The notes beneath the pieces are model-generated. The model had not been told where the DNA came from and ran no database searches. It was given only the letters and a program-made list of their open reading frames with translations. The position numbers were made by a program, and so were the translations under genes. A DNA stretch of 64,000 nucleotides from assembly GCA_038131485.1 (NCBI GenBank), contig JAYPPO010000002.1, positions 6,908 through 70,907 on the forward strand, written 5' to 3'. This stretch comes from Alphaproteobacteria bacterium (GTDB lineage Bacteria; Pseudomonadota; Alphaproteobacteria; MPNO01; UBA830). This document shows, one piece after another, positions 1 through 9,838 of this stretch (position 1 is its first letter; every line of letters starts with the position of its first letter).

Positions 1-459
1 ACGATCCTCGCGCGCTGCATCGAGGAGGAAGGCGGGACGGTCGACAAGTATATCGGCGATTCGGTCATGGCGTTCTGGGAACCGGGCGCCGACGGCCCAG
101 GCGTGGACCGCGCGCTCCGGGCGGCGGACGCCATCCGCGCGGGCGTCGCGGCGGAGAACGTGCGGCGTGCCGGACTGGGTCAGCCCGACGTCGAGGTTCG
201 TATCGGCATCCACACGGGTCCCGCGATCGTGGGCAATATCGGCGCCCCGGGACGCATGAACTACACGCTCGTCGGCGACACGGTGAACGTGGCCGCGCGG
301 CTGGAACAGTTCTGCAAGGACTATTCCGGCCGCGACGGCTCGACGATCCTGATCAGCGGAGAGACCGCCGCGCTGTCGTCGCGGCGCGGGGCGCTCGCGG
401 CGCTCGGCCGGCGCGCGGTGCGCGGCCGCGACGGCGAGATCGAAGTCTTTTCGCTCTAG
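1..459 (+). CDS. Class III adenylate/guanylate cyclase, catalytic domain; 5' end outside window
   Basis: Frame 1 open from nt 1 (TILARCIEEEGGTVDKYIGDSVMAFW...). Blocks GGTVDKYIGD, IGIHTGPAIVGNIG and YTLVGDTVNVAARLE are cyclase-homology-domain signatures. Stop at 457-459. Confidence 0.8.
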   Translation, partial: TILARCIEEEGGTVDKYIGDSVMAFWEPGADGPGVDRALRAADAIRAGVAAENVRRAGLGQPDVEVRIGIHTGPAIVGNIGAPGRMNYTLVGDTVNVAARLEQFCKDYSGRDGSTILISGETAALSSRRGALAALGRRAVRGRDGEIEVFSL

Positions 460-503
460 AATAAGTCAGGCGGTTCCGGCCTTCGCCCGCTTCGCGGCCT
501 CAG

Positions 504-564
504 CCCCCTTCCGGCCACCCAACGCCAGTATCCACATGGGTGGCCGGGAGGGGGAGAGGGCCGG
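504..564. repeat. GC-rich REP-like palindromic element, copy 1 of 3, between convergent genes
   Basis: Inverted arms CCCCCTTCCGGCCACCC (504-520) and GGGTGGCCGGGAGGGGG (538-554). Core GGCCGGGAGG...AGAGGGCCGG recurs at 30645-30707 and 39105-39171. Confidence 0.6.
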
Positions 565-644
565 CGCCGTCATCAAACACGCTTCAAAAAGAAAACGGCC
601 CGCAGAGCGGGCCGCTTCCGGTTCGATACGAACTGCCGTCGAAG

Positions 645-1763
645 TCAGCCGCCGAGAACGGTTTCCAGCTTGGCGGTCGCCGCGTCGACGTCGAGCTTCT
701 CGACCAGCGCGAACTCGTTGACCAGGCGCTCGAGCGCCGCCTCGTACATCTGCCGTTCGCTGTAGGACTGGTCGGGCTGGCCGGTGGAGCGGTATAGGTC
801 ACGCACCACTTCGGCGATCGCAACGGGGTCGCCGCTGTTAATCTTCGCCTCGTATTCTTGAGCGCGGCGGCTCCACATCGTGCGCTTGGCGCGGGCGCGG
901 CCCTTCAGCGTGGTGAGGACGTTCTGCATCTTGTCCTTGCTGCTGATCTTGCGCAGACCCGAATCCACGACCTTCTCGACCGGGACGCGGAGCGTCATCT
1001 TCTCGGAATCGAAGGAAATCACGAAGAGATGCAGGTTGAACCCGGCAACCTCCTGCTTTTCGATGCCGACAACCTTGCCGACGCCGTGCGTCGGATAGAC
1101 CACGTAGTCGCCCTTGCCGAACGGAAGCTTCTTTGGCTTTTTCGGCGGCGGCGCGGCCTTGACCGCGGGTTTAGCGGGGCCCGGAGCGGCGGGCACTTTC
1201 GCGGCAGGTTTCTCCGCGGGCTTGGCGGCGGGCTTCGGTGCTGGCCTTGCGGCCGATTTCTTAGCAGCGGTTTTGGCGGCGGGCTTGACCGCCGGGCTAG
1301 CGGCAGTTTTATTCGCTGCCGTCTTCTTCGCCACGGCTTTCTTTACGAGCACGGGGGCGACCTTGGGAGCAGCCTTTTTTACCGCGGGTTTCGCGGCGGC
1401 CTTGGGAGAAGCCTTTTTTACTGCGGGTTTCGCGGCAGCCTTGGGAGCAGCCTTTTTTACTGCGGGTTTCGCGGCAGCCTTGGGCGCAGCCTTTTTTACT
1501 GCGGGTTTCGCGGCAGCCTTGGGAGCAGCCTTTTTTACTGCGGGTTTCGCGGCAGCCTTGGGAGAAGCCTTTTTTACTGCGGGTTTCGCGGCAGCCTTGG
1601 GAGCAGCCTTTTTTAATGCGGGTTTCGCGGCAGCCTTGGTAGCAGCCTTTTTTGCCGCGGGTTTCGCCTGGGCGGTGCGCGCGGCCGTCGCTACGGACTT
1701 CTCAGCGGGTTTTTGGGCCACCTTTTTCGTCTTGGTCGTTGTCTTGGTATTTGCCTGAGCCAT
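645..1763 (-). CDS. CarD/CdnL-family RNA-polymerase-binding regulator with a long N-terminal Ala/Lys/Pro (histone H1-like) repeat domain
   Basis: C-terminal about 165 aa (LPFGKGDYVVYPTHGVGKVVGIEKQEVAGF...RRAQEYEAKINSGDP...YSERQMYEAALERL) is a typical CarD_CdnL_TRCF fold. ATG at 1763 (MAQANTKTT) is followed by about 200 aa of AKP repeats. The longer track ORF to 2147 has no coding character upstream. Confidence 0.85.
   Translation of the reverse strand: MAQANTKTTTKTKKVAQKPAEKSVATAARTAQAKPAAKKAATKAAAKPALKKAAPKAAAKPAVKKASPKAAAKPAVKKAAPKAAAKPAVKKAAPKAAAKPAVKKAAPKAAAKPAVKKASPKAAAKPAVKKAAPKVAPVLVKKAVAKKTAANKTAASPAVKPAAKTAAKKSAARPAPKPAAKPAEKPAAKVPAAPGPAKPAVKAAPPPKKPKKLPFGKGDYVVYPTHGVGKVVGIEKQEVAGFNLHLFVISFDSEKMTLRVPVEKVVDSGLRKISSKDKMQNVLTTLKGRARAKRTMWSRRAQEYEAKINSGDPVAIAEVVRDLYRSTGQPDQSYSERQMYEAALERLVNEFALVEKLDVDAATAKLETVLGG
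1361..1672. repeat. Eight head-to-tail 39-bp tandem repeats inside the carD-like CDS
   Basis: Units start at 1361, 1400, 1439, 1478, 1517, 1556, 1595 and 1634. Consensus is CCTTGGGAGCAGCCTTTTTTACTGCGGGTTTCGCGGCAG with 0-4 mismatches per unit. On the minus strand each unit encodes PKAAAKPAVKKA[A/S]. Confidence 0.95.
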
Positions 1764-2015
1764 TATTCTCTCTCGATTCACGTCGCCAATCGCACCGGGA
1801 ACGGCAGAAGGACTGTCACAGTTGAGGATATTCAAACGCAGACATCGACTGCCATCGGCTACGCCCCGAAAATCCGTTCTTGGGCCGCCTATTCGTCCAA
1901 CGCAGTCCCGCGATATTAAAAAGCAGAATGGATCGATACCACAAAAATTCGATAAATAACAGCGTTTTAGATAAACTGGCAGCCGCAGGGCACAGAGTTT
2001 AGGCCAGAAATCCGC

Positions 2016-2051
2016 AGAAAAACGGCGCGAACCTTGCCGGGACGCGCCGTT
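2016..2051 (-). terminator. Rho-independent terminator downstream of fdxA
   Basis: Minus strand reads AACGGCGCG-13 nt loop-CGCGCCGTT followed by TTTTT, about 40 nt after the fdxA stop. Confidence 0.6.
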
Positions 2052-2091
2052 CCTCGATCTCTGCCGGGCGCGAACGCCCGAAGTCCGTAGA

Positions 2092-2430
2092 TCAGCTACC
2101 CTGACCCGGATTCTCGCTGAAGTGCTCTTCGAATTTGTTGGCAACATCCCGCCAATCGTCCGAATCCTCGGGCGGATCGCCCTTCTTGGTGATGTTCGGC
2201 CAGGTTTCGGCGTACTTGCGATTCACCTCGATATATTTCTCGGACACATCGTCGGTATCCGGATGAATGGCCTCGACCGGGCATTCAGGCTCGCAAACGC
2301 CGCAATCGATGCACTCGTCAGGATGGATCACGAGCATGTTCTCGCCCTCGTAGAAGCAGTCCACCGGGCAGACTTCCACGCAATCCATAAACTTGCACTT
2401 GATGCATGCGTCATTGACGACGTACGTCAT
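2092..2430 (-). CDS. fdxA: 7Fe ferredoxin (3Fe-4S plus 4Fe-4S)
   Basis: [55 protein letters not shown] is the canonical FdxA cysteine pattern. ATG at 2430 gives the usual MTYVV start. Confidence 0.9.
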   Translation of the reverse strand: MTYVVNDACIKCKFMDCVEVCPVDCFYEGENMLVIHPDECIDCGVCEPECPVEAIHPDTDDVSEKYIEVNRKYAETWPNITKKGDPPEDSDDWRDVANKFEEHFSENPGQGS

Positions 2431-2596
2431 TCCCATCTCCGTCTGTATTATCAGGCCGTTGGCCTGTCGTGATTTACCCCCGCGGCGTTACCGCCACGCT
2501 CTCGACCGTTCGGAAGCGGCTTCGGCCAAACTAGTATTTTTTAATTGCCCGACCAACAACTTTATGCGTGACAAAACGGCCTATTTCGACGGGGAT

Positions 2597-3064
2597 TCAA
2601 TCAAGCCCGAGTCGCTTGCGGACACGCGACCGCGCGATGCCGCTGTCGCGGTCGTCGACGTAGATCAGCCCCGCCACGCGGCGCATCAGCTGGGCTTCGT
2701 GCGCCTCGACGATCTCGTCGGCGTAGACCACTTCCCACAGCATTTCCATCAGGTGGACGCGCTCCTCGTAGGAGAAACCGTCCTTGATCGTCCGCGTGAA
2801 CCGCAAGAGCTGGACCGAATCGTCGACCTCGTGCTCGGCGGCTTCGATCAGCGCGGCCGATTCGGCGTGACCGAGCTCGAACCGGTGTTCGCAAAGCCAT
2901 TCGATGCGCGCGCGCTCGCGCGCGCCGAACTTCGCATCCGCCGTTGCCGCATGGACGAGAAGCACCGCCGCCGCGAGATGGAACTCGTCGGGCGTATGGC
3001 CGCCGTCAGTGCCGGTCGACGCGGCGCTGCGGGTTTCGAAAAAGTTCAGGAACCTATCGAGCAT
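2597..3064 (-). CDS. TerB-family (tellurite-resistance-like) protein
   Basis: MLDRFLNFF..., LAAAVLLVHAATADAKF, LLRFTRTIKDGFSYEERVHLMEMLWEVVYADEIVEAHEAQLMRRVAGLIYV match the TerB family pattern. ATG at 3064 preferred over GTG at 3079. Confidence 0.8.
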   Translation of the reverse strand: MLDRFLNFFETRSAASTGTDGGHTPDEFHLAAAVLLVHAATADAKFGARERARIEWLCEHRFELGHAESAALIEAAEHEVDDSVQLLRFTRTIKDGFSYEERVHLMEMLWEVVYADEIVEAHEAQLMRRVAGLIYVDDRDSGIARSRVRKRLGLD

Positions 3065-3120
3065 GTCCGTGGGTATCACACTGCATGGCGTCCCGGCAAT
3101 CTGCAGTTTAGGTTGGGTTT

Positions 3121-3747
3121 ATGAACGAAAACTTAAGGAATAGTCCGCCGGGCGCCCGCCATTATCCGGCAACGGGACGAAATCGGGACGCCATCCAAGA
3201 GGTGCTTGCCGCGCGCCTACCGCCTTCGGGAACCGTCCTCGAGATCGGTAGCGGCTCCGGCGAACATATCGTCTATCTGGCCCGCAGTTTCCCGAACCTC
3301 GTCTGGCAGCCGAGCGACCCGGATCCCATCTGCCTCGCCAGCATCCGCGCCTGGATGGGCGCGGAACCGGATCCTCTCGCCAACCTGCGCCCGCCGGTCG
3401 CGATCAACGCCTCAGACGTGATCCTGCCGCTCGACTCCGCCGATGCGATCCTCTGCATTAACGTCATCCACATCTCGCCGTGGGACGCGACCGAGGGGCT
3501 GATGCGCAATGCCGCTGCGCTTCTTCCGGCTGGCGGCTTCCTCTATCTCTATGGCCCGTTCGCTATAGACGACGGCTTCGAGGCGCCGTCGAACGAAGCG
3601 TTCGACCGCCAGCTCCGCGCTCAGAACGAGACTTGGGGCATCCGCGACCTCGCCGACGTGACGGCGGAAGCGGAAAAGAATGGACTCCGCATCGAGGGCA
3701 CGGTCGAAATGCCGTCAAACAATCTCAGTTTGATATTCCGGAAATAA
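3121..3747 (+). CDS. DUF938-type class I SAM-dependent methyltransferase
   Basis: PATGRNRDAIQEVL...GTVLEIGSGSGEHIVYLA...WQPSD...INVIHISPW pattern typical of DUF938 proteins. Confidence 0.75.
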   Translation: MNENLRNSPPGARHYPATGRNRDAIQEVLAARLPPSGTVLEIGSGSGEHIVYLARSFPNLVWQPSDPDPICLASIRAWMGAEPDPLANLRPPVAINASDVILPLDSADAILCINVIHISPWDATEGLMRNAAALLPAGGFLYLYGPFAIDDGFEAPSNEAFDRQLRAQNETWGIRDLADVTAEAEKNGLRIEGTVEMPSNNLSLIFRK

Positions 3748-3766
3748 AGCGACCGGTGCGGCGCAA

Positions 3767-4042
3767 TCAGATTTCCCTATAGAGCTCCTGCGCCTCAGTC
3801 GCTGGGCCGCGCCGCGTGCCGAGCGCCTCGATTCGAACCACCCGGATGTCGCGCACCTTGGGAAAGGTTAGCACGTCGCCCACGCGCACGATGTAATGGG
3901 CCTTGCGAACGACGTCGCCGTCGACGCGGATCTTGCCATCGGCGACCATCCGGCTCGCCAGGCTGCGGCTCTTGAAGAAGCGGGCGTGCCACAGCCACTT
4001 GTCGAGGCGGATGCCCTCTCCGGCCGACGCAACGTCGTTCAA
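3767..4042 (-). CDS. S4 / Hsp15-like RNA-binding domain protein. Candidate independent TTG start; in this sequence it is also in frame with the upstream helicase ORF.
   Basis: IRLDKWLWHARFFKSRSLASRMVADGKIRVDGDVVRKAHYIVRVGDVLTF is a classic S4 domain. TTG at 4042-4040 overlaps a TGA (4041-4039) that closes the +1 frame of the helicase tail. Confidence 0.5.
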   Translation of the reverse strand: MNDVASAGEGIRLDKWLWHARFFKSRSLASRMVADGKIRVDGDVVRKAHYIVRVGDVLTFPKVRDIRVVRIEALGTRRGPATEAQELYREI

Positions 4043-6562
4043 GACAGCTTCAGTTCGCGGAGCTTGGCGAAGGGCGAGTTCTCGTCGATCTCGACTTTCT
4101 TGCGGCCGCTCATGCGCCTGCTTGCGCTTTTCGGTCTTCTTGCGCGGCGGCCGCGCCGGCTTGGGACGGCCGCCCCATTTCCACGTCAGCGCGTCTTCCT
4201 CGCCCTCCTCCGCGACGTAGCCGAGCGCCTCGAAGATGGGACGGGCGTCCTCCATCGACAGGCCGAGCAGGTTCAGCTGGGTCGCGCCGATCTCGAGCGC
4301 GCCGGCCCGCGACTGGCGCTGCAGGTCGACGGCGATGCGGTCGAGCACGTCGACGCGGATCGCGCGGCCGCCGAGCTTGGCGTAGCCGCAGCAATCGAGG
4401 AACGACGCCGGCAGGCTGTCGTCCGCGGGCACCGTGACCAAGCCTGCGCCGGGCGGCGCGATGGGCTCGCGCTCGGCATGGAGCGCCCATAGAAGCGCGC
4501 GCCACCCGACCGCCTTGGGCTTCACCGCAGAGGGCACGAACAGCGTCTCGGGGCCGATGCGCACGCCGCAGGCCCGGAGCGCCGTGCGGTCTTCCTTAGA
4601 GAGCCCGCGCACCTCGTTGGCGACGTGCTTGCGCGGAAGCGACCCCAGCCCTTCGACGACGCGATAGGCGATCCCGCGCGCGACGCCGCCGAGTTCGGCG
4701 TTGCGCAGCGTCATGATACGTTCGAGCGCTTCGGTCAGTTGCGCGCTCACCCAGTCGACCAGGCGGCGGCGGATCCGTTCGCGCTGCTCGGCCGTCAGGT
4801 AGTCGCTGGCCGAAACGGTCACGGCGGGCGAGACGATGTCCGGACCCTTGGCGAGCCGCGCGATGAAGGCGCCCTGCCAGGCGATCGCACCGCCCGCGTC
4901 GCGCGAGAACGCCGCGTCTGGTGCGCCGCACAGGGCATCGACCCGTGCGTCGATCTCGCTGCGGAGCGCCTTGTTCGCCGCGGCCATCAGCGCGCGCCTT
5001 CCCTCAGCGGCGGAATCCGGATCTGGCGTGAAGCGGAACCCGTCGATGTGGCCGACGAATTCGCCTTCGACTGTAACGTCGCCGTCGGCGCCGACCGCGG
5101 CCATCAGGTCGTCGCGGTCCTTCATGCGGGTGAGCGCCGCGGCGCGGCGGTCGACGAACCGCTGGGTGAGGCTGTTATGCAGGGCATCGGATAGCTTGTC
5201 CTCCAGCTCCCGGGTACGGGCCTGCCAAGTATGGGCATCATCGAGCCAGTCGGGGCGATGGGAAATATAGGTCCAAGTGCGGACATGCGCGATACGCGCC
5301 ATCAACGTGTCGATATCGCCATCGACGCGATCGAGCTGGGCGATCTGGTTCGCCACCCAGTCGGTCGGCAGCGCATGGCTCTCCGTCAGATAGCGGAAGA
5401 TGCGGGACAGCAGGCCCGCATGCACGTCGGCCATGGTCTTGCGGAAGTCGGGAACCTGACAGACGTCCCACAACAGCCGGACGACGTCGGGCGTCTTCGC
5501 GCGATCGGCGATCTCGGAATCGCGCATAAGGTGGCCGAGCGCGATCTTGTCGTCGGCGTCGCGCGCGCGCATCAGCTCCGCCCGCGGCGGCGGCGCGTCG
5601 AGCGACTTCAAGAGGCGGAGGCCGGAGCGGTAGTCGAGGTCGGCATTGCGCCAGTAGACGCCGGTCAGCGCCTCGAAGGCGTGCTCCTCGATGGCGGTGA
5701 CCACGTCCTCGTCGAAAGCGCCGATCTCGGCGATGGGCCCAAACGTGCCGTCCGACAGGTGACGCCCGGCCCGGCCGGCGATCTGCGCGATTTCGGGCGT
5801 GGTGAGCTTGCGGTAGTTGCGGCCGTCGAACTTCCGGAGCCCCGCGAACGCGACATGGTCGATGTTCATGTTGAGGCCCATGCCGATGGCGTCAGTCGCG
5901 ACGAGGTAGTCAACGTCGCCGCCCTGATAGAGCTCGACCTGGGCGTTGCGCGTGCGCGGGCTGAGCGCGCCGAGCACGACCGCCGTGCCGCCGCGCTGAC
6001 GGCGCATCAGCTCGGCGATGGCGTAGACCTCGTTGATCGAGAACGCCACGACCGCGCTGCGGCGCGGCAGCCGCGTGATCTTGCGCGGGCCGATGTAAGA
6101 GAGCTTCGACAGGCGCGGGCGGCTGACGAACTCGGTGCCGGGCACCAGCATTTCTATCAGCGGCCGAATCGTGTCGGCGCCGAGGAACATGGTCTCTTCC
6201 GTGCCGCGCGCCCTGAGCAGCCGGTCGGTGAAGATGTGCCCGCGCTCCGGGTCGGCGCACATCTGGATCTCGTCGATGGCGAGGAACTCGACCTCGCGGT
6301 CGAGCGGCATCGATTCGACGGTGCAGATGAAATACTCGGCGCGCGGCGGGATGATCTTTTCCTCGCCGGTCACCAGGGCGACGCGCGCGGCGCCCTTTTC
6401 GGCTACCACCCGGTCGTAGTTCTCGCGCGCGAGCAGGCGCAGCGGAAACCCGATCATGCCGGAGGAATGGCCGAGCATCCGGTCCATCGCGTAGTGGGTC
6501 TTGCCGGTGTTGGTCGGACCGAGGACGGCCGTAATACACGCGCGGTAGTCGCCGATAGGCAT
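4039..6562 (-). CDS. Suv3/MgpS-like superfamily-2 ATP-dependent helicase. The track ORF 3767-6562 runs on into the S4 domain.
   Basis: Walker A GPTNTGKTHYA, AIDEIQM box and QIAGRAGR motif. A plausible native C-terminus ...IDENSPFAKLRELKLS-stop lies in the +1 frame (stop 4039-4041), so the 3' end is uncertain. Confidence 0.75.
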
Positions 6563-6601
6563 GGTGCCAGAATGGCGGCGCCCCGCACAGCTGACAAGGG
6601 G

Positions 6602-6630
6602 TTGAAATAGCGCTGCTAGGCACGCATATA
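6602..6630 (+). promoter_or_regulatory. Putative promoter of htpG (TTGAAA-N17-CATATA; sigma-32 or sigma-70-like)
   Basis: TTGAAA at 6602-6607, 17-nt spacer, CATATA at 6625-6630, about 40 nt upstream of the htpG ATG. Motif match only. Confidence 0.3.
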
Positions 6631-6668
6631 GGCGGGAAACTGTTCCATTTCAGCCGGAGAACCGGGCC

Positions 6669-8543
6669 ATGGCAGAAGAAAAGCTGCGGTTCGAGACGGA
6701 GGTATCTCGCCTCCTTCATATCGTCGCGAACTCGCTCTACAGCCAGAAGGAAATCTTCCTTCGCGAACTCATTTCGAACGCGTCGGACGCGTGCGACCGG
6801 CTGCGCTACCAAGCACTGACCCGGCCGGAACTGACGGCGGACGACCCCGAATTCCGCGTCCGCCTGGCGGTAGACAAAAAGAAACGTGTCCTGGAGATCT
6901 CCGACAACGGCATCGGCATGAACCGCGAGGCGCTGATCGCCGATCTCGGCACGATCGCGCGGTCGGGCACGTCCGCCTTCCTGGAAGAACATCAGGACGC
7001 CGATGGCGCCGACTTCAAAACCATCGGCCAGTTCGGCGTCGGCTTCTATTCATCCTTCATGGTCGCGAGCGAGGTGGAGGTGATCAGTCGGCGCGCCGGG
7101 GAGGACGCTGCATGGCGCTGGATTTCCGACGGTACCGGCGAATTCTCGGTCGGCGAGGCGGAGCGCGAGGGGCGCGGGACAACTATCCGGCTCAAACTGC
7201 GCAAAGGCGAAGACGAGTTCCTCGACGAGACGCGCCTTCGGACCATCGTGAAGACCTATTCAGACCACATCGCGCTTCCGATCGTCATTACCGGCGAGGA
7301 CGGAGAAGGCGAGACTATCAACCAGGCCTTGGCGCTGTGGACGCGCGCGCGGAAAGACATCGAGGACGAGGAGTACGCCGAGTTTTTCCACCATACGGGC
7401 GGCTTCGGCGATCCGTGGATGACCCTCCACTGGAAGGCTGAAGGCACGCTCGAATATTCGAACCTGCTGTTCGTTCCCGCGATGAAGCCGTTCGACCTGT
7501 TCGACCCAAGCCGCAAGCACGGCGTCCGCCTCTACGTCAAACGGGTTTTCATCACCGACGAGGCCGAGGGCCTCGTGCCGGGCTGGCTGCGCTTCCTCAA
7601 GGGCGTCGTCGATTCCGAGGATCTGCCTCTTAACGTCAGCCGTGAGATCCTTCAGAACAACCCGATGATCGCGCGCATGCGGAAAGCCATCGTGAAGCGC
7701 GTCGTCAGCGACCTGACGAAGAAGGCCGAGAAGAAGGCGGACGAGTTCAGGACCTTCTGGGACAATTTCGGCGCCGTGGTGAAGGAAGGGCTCTACGAGG
7801 ACTTCGAGAACCGCGAGGCGCTTCTTAAGCTCGTCCGGTTCCGCACGACGAAAAGCGGCGACGATCTCGTCAGCCTCGCGGAGTACGTTGAGCGCATGAA
7901 GGACGGCCAGGCGGCGATCTACTACATCTCCGGCGAGGACATCGGCGCGCTGCGCAAGAGCCCGCAACTCGAAGGCTTCGCCGCTAGGGACGTCGAAGTG
8001 CTGCTCCTGACCGATCCGGTCGACGAATTCTGGATTCCGGCGGTCGGCTCATTCGCAGAAAAGGAATTTAAGTCCGCGACGCGCGCCGGCGCTGATCTCG
8101 ACAAAATTTCTAAGGGCGAGGCGAACGGCGAGGACAATCCGGAAGAGACGAACGATTCGGGCAAGATCGACGCGCTGATCGCCATGTTCCGACTCGCCCT
8201 GCAGGAGGAGGTGAAGGACGTCCGCGTCTCGGAGCGGCTGACCGACAGCGCGGTCTGCCTTGTATCGGACGCGGGCGATATGGATCTTCGGATCGAACGG
8301 ATGCTCAAGCAGCACCAGCAGCTCGACCAAGCGTTCAAGCGCATCCTCGAGATCAACCCACGCCACCCGCTCGTCGCAGCACTTGCCGAATCAGTCGGCA
8401 AGGACGGAGCAGGGGAAAAAGTCGAGGACGCGGCTTGGCTGCTGCTAGACCAGGCGCGGATCATCGAGGGCGAACCAGTCTCCGATGCGACAGCGTTCTC
8501 GAAACGCCTCAATAGCGTGATGTCTGCAGCTCTTCCTTCCTAG
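6669..8543 (+). CDS. htpG: Molecular chaperone HtpG (Hsp90)
   Basis: FETEVSRLLHIVANSLYSQKEIFLRELISNASDACDRLRY, IGQFGVGFYSSFMVA and LPLNVSREILQ are Hsp90 signatures. 624 aa. Confidence 0.95.
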   Translation: MAEEKLRFETEVSRLLHIVANSLYSQKEIFLRELISNASDACDRLRYQALTRPELTADDPEFRVRLAVDKKKRVLEISDNGIGMNREALIADLGTIARSGTSAFLEEHQDADGADFKTIGQFGVGFYSSFMVASEVEVISRRAGEDAAWRWISDGTGEFSVGEAEREGRGTTIRLKLRKGEDEFLDETRLRTIVKTYSDHIALPIVITGEDGEGETINQALALWTRARKDIEDEEYAEFFHHTGGFGDPWMTLHWKAEGTLEYSNLLFVPAMKPFDLFDPSRKHGVRLYVKRVFITDEAEGLVPGWLRFLKGVVDSEDLPLNVSREILQNNPMIARMRKAIVKRVVSDLTKKAEKKADEFRTFWDNFGAVVKEGLYEDFENREALLKLVRFRTTKSGDDLVSLAEYVERMKDGQAAIYYISGEDIGALRKSPQLEGFAARDVEVLLLTDPVDEFWIPAVGSFAEKEFKSATRAGADLDKISKGEANGEDNPEETNDSGKIDALIAMFRLALQEEVKDVRVSERLTDSAVCLVSDAGDMDLRIERMLKQHQQLDQAFKRILEINPRHPLVAALAESVGKDGAGEKVEDAAWLLLDQARIIEGEPVSDATAFSKRLNSVMSAALPS

Positions 8544-9838
8544 CTGTTTTCCGTGAGCACCTCGCCTGCGAGGTAGAGCGAACCGCAGATCAGCACGGGC
8601 CCGCAATTGGCGGCGGCCTGCCAGACGGCGGCATCCAGCGATGGCGCGGTGCCGGCCATCAGGCCCGCCTTGCCCGCGACCGCCGCGATCTCCGCGGCGG
8701 AGTGACCTTTCGCGTCGCCGGGCAGGTCGATGGCGACTAGCCTGTCCGCCGCCGCCGTAAGCGGCTCAAGAAAGCCCGCAACATCCTTATTCTTCTGCAT
8801 TGCACAAACCAGGGTCACCGGTCGGGCGCTTTGCCATTCGAGGACCGCGTCGGCGAGCACGATGCCGGCGCCGGGATTGTGCCCCCCGTCGACCCACAGC
8901 TCCGCGCCATCAGGCAGCAGATCGACCAGAGGCCCTGCCCGCAGACGCTGTAGGCGGGCGGGCCATTTGACCGCACGGACGCCAGCCGAAATCTCATCCG
9001 AGCCGAATGTTTCTGGCCGCCATGCCCTCAGCGCAGCAATCGCCGCCCCGGCATTCGCAGTCTGGTGCCGGCCCGCGAGACCGGGTCGCGGGAGATCGAA
9101 GGCACCGCCACCGTCCCAGAAGCTCATCCCCGTTTTGGTCGGTACCGCATCCCAGGCTCGCGAGGCAGCAAGCACTTGAGCGCCAACTTCTGCGGCACGT
9201 TGCTCGATCACGGCAAACGCCTCGTCGGGCTGCATGGCGATAATGCACGGAACGCTGGGCTTCAGGATACCCGCCTTCTCGAATGCAATGTCGGCGAGCG
9301 TACCTCCAAGGAACTGGACGTGGTCGATCGAGACCGGAGCGATGATGGTCGCTGCCGGGCGCGCGATGACGTTGGTCGAATCGAATCGTCCGCCAAGGCC
9401 GGTCTCGAGCAACAGAAGGTCGGCCGGCGTCCGCGAAAAAGAGAGAAACGCGGCCGCCGTCGTGATCTCGAAATAGGTAATTGGCGCGCCCGCGTTCACC
9501 TCCTCGCATTCTTTGAGCACTGCGAAGAGAACGTCCTCGTCTATCTCCGCGCCCGCCAGCACGATGCGCTCGTGAAACCGGACAAGATGGGGCGAGGTGT
9601 AGACGTGGACATCCAGCCCCGCCGCCTCGGCGATGGCCCGCATGAAGGCAATGGTAGAGCCTTTGCCGTTGGTGCCAGCGACGTGAATGGCGGGCGGTAG
9701 CCTGCATTCGGGATTGCCGAGCTGCGCTAAAATTCGCTCGGTCCGGTCGAGCGACAAGTCTATCAGTTTGGGATGAAGCGCATTTAGCCGTTCTAGGACG
9801 ACGTCACTCCTGCGCGGGGTCTTCTCCGCCATCGCCAC
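8540..9838 (-). CDS. folC: Bifunctional folylpolyglutamate synthase / dihydrofolate synthase
   Basis: [12 protein letters not shown]-loop and Mur-ligase-family layout. Conserved position downstream of accD. Confidence 0.9.
   Translation of the reverse strand: MAMAEKTPRRSDVVLERLNALHPKLIDLSLDRTERILAQLGNPECRLPPAIHVAGTNGKGSTIAFMRAIAEAAGLDVHVYTSPHLVRFHERIVLAGAEIDEDVLFAVLKECEEVNAGAPITYFEITTAAAFLSFSRTPADLLLLETGLGGRFDSTNVIARPAATIIAPVSIDHVQFLGGTLADIAFEKAGILKPSVPCIIAMQPDEAFAVIEQRAAEVGAQVLAASRAWDAVPTKTGMSFWDGGGAFDLPRPGLAGRHQTANAGAAIAALRAWRPETFGSDEISAGVRAVKWPARLQRLRAGPLVDLLPDGAELWVDGGHNPGAGIVLADAVLEWQSARPVTLVCAMQKNKDVAGFLEPLTAAADRLVAIDLPGDAKGHSAAEIAAVAGKAGLMAGTAPSLDAAVWQAAANCGPVLICGSLYLAGEVLTENS

Noticed and set aside
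1361-1672. Regular 39-bp repeats that a CRISPR finder might flag.
   Set aside because: The units are contiguous with no spacers, lie inside a coding frame (AKP repeat of the CarD-like protein), and no cas genes are nearby.
5231-6992. Long ORFs antisense to or overlapping the helicase/htpG region (5231-6610 +, 5910-6992 -). Similar ones occur at 15704-16936, 16952-17938, 32122-33285, 36653-37792, 42933-44027 and 56016-56852.
   Set aside because: They are Arg/Ala/Gly-rich shadow ORFs expected opposite real genes in GC-rich DNA. Each overlaps a gene with clear family motifs and has none of its own.
8540-8543. Convergent htpG and folC share their stop codons in the palindrome CTAG (4-bp overlap) with no terminator between them.
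   Set aside because: This is real in the sequence but is a trivial consequence of tight packing. No functional claim can be supported.
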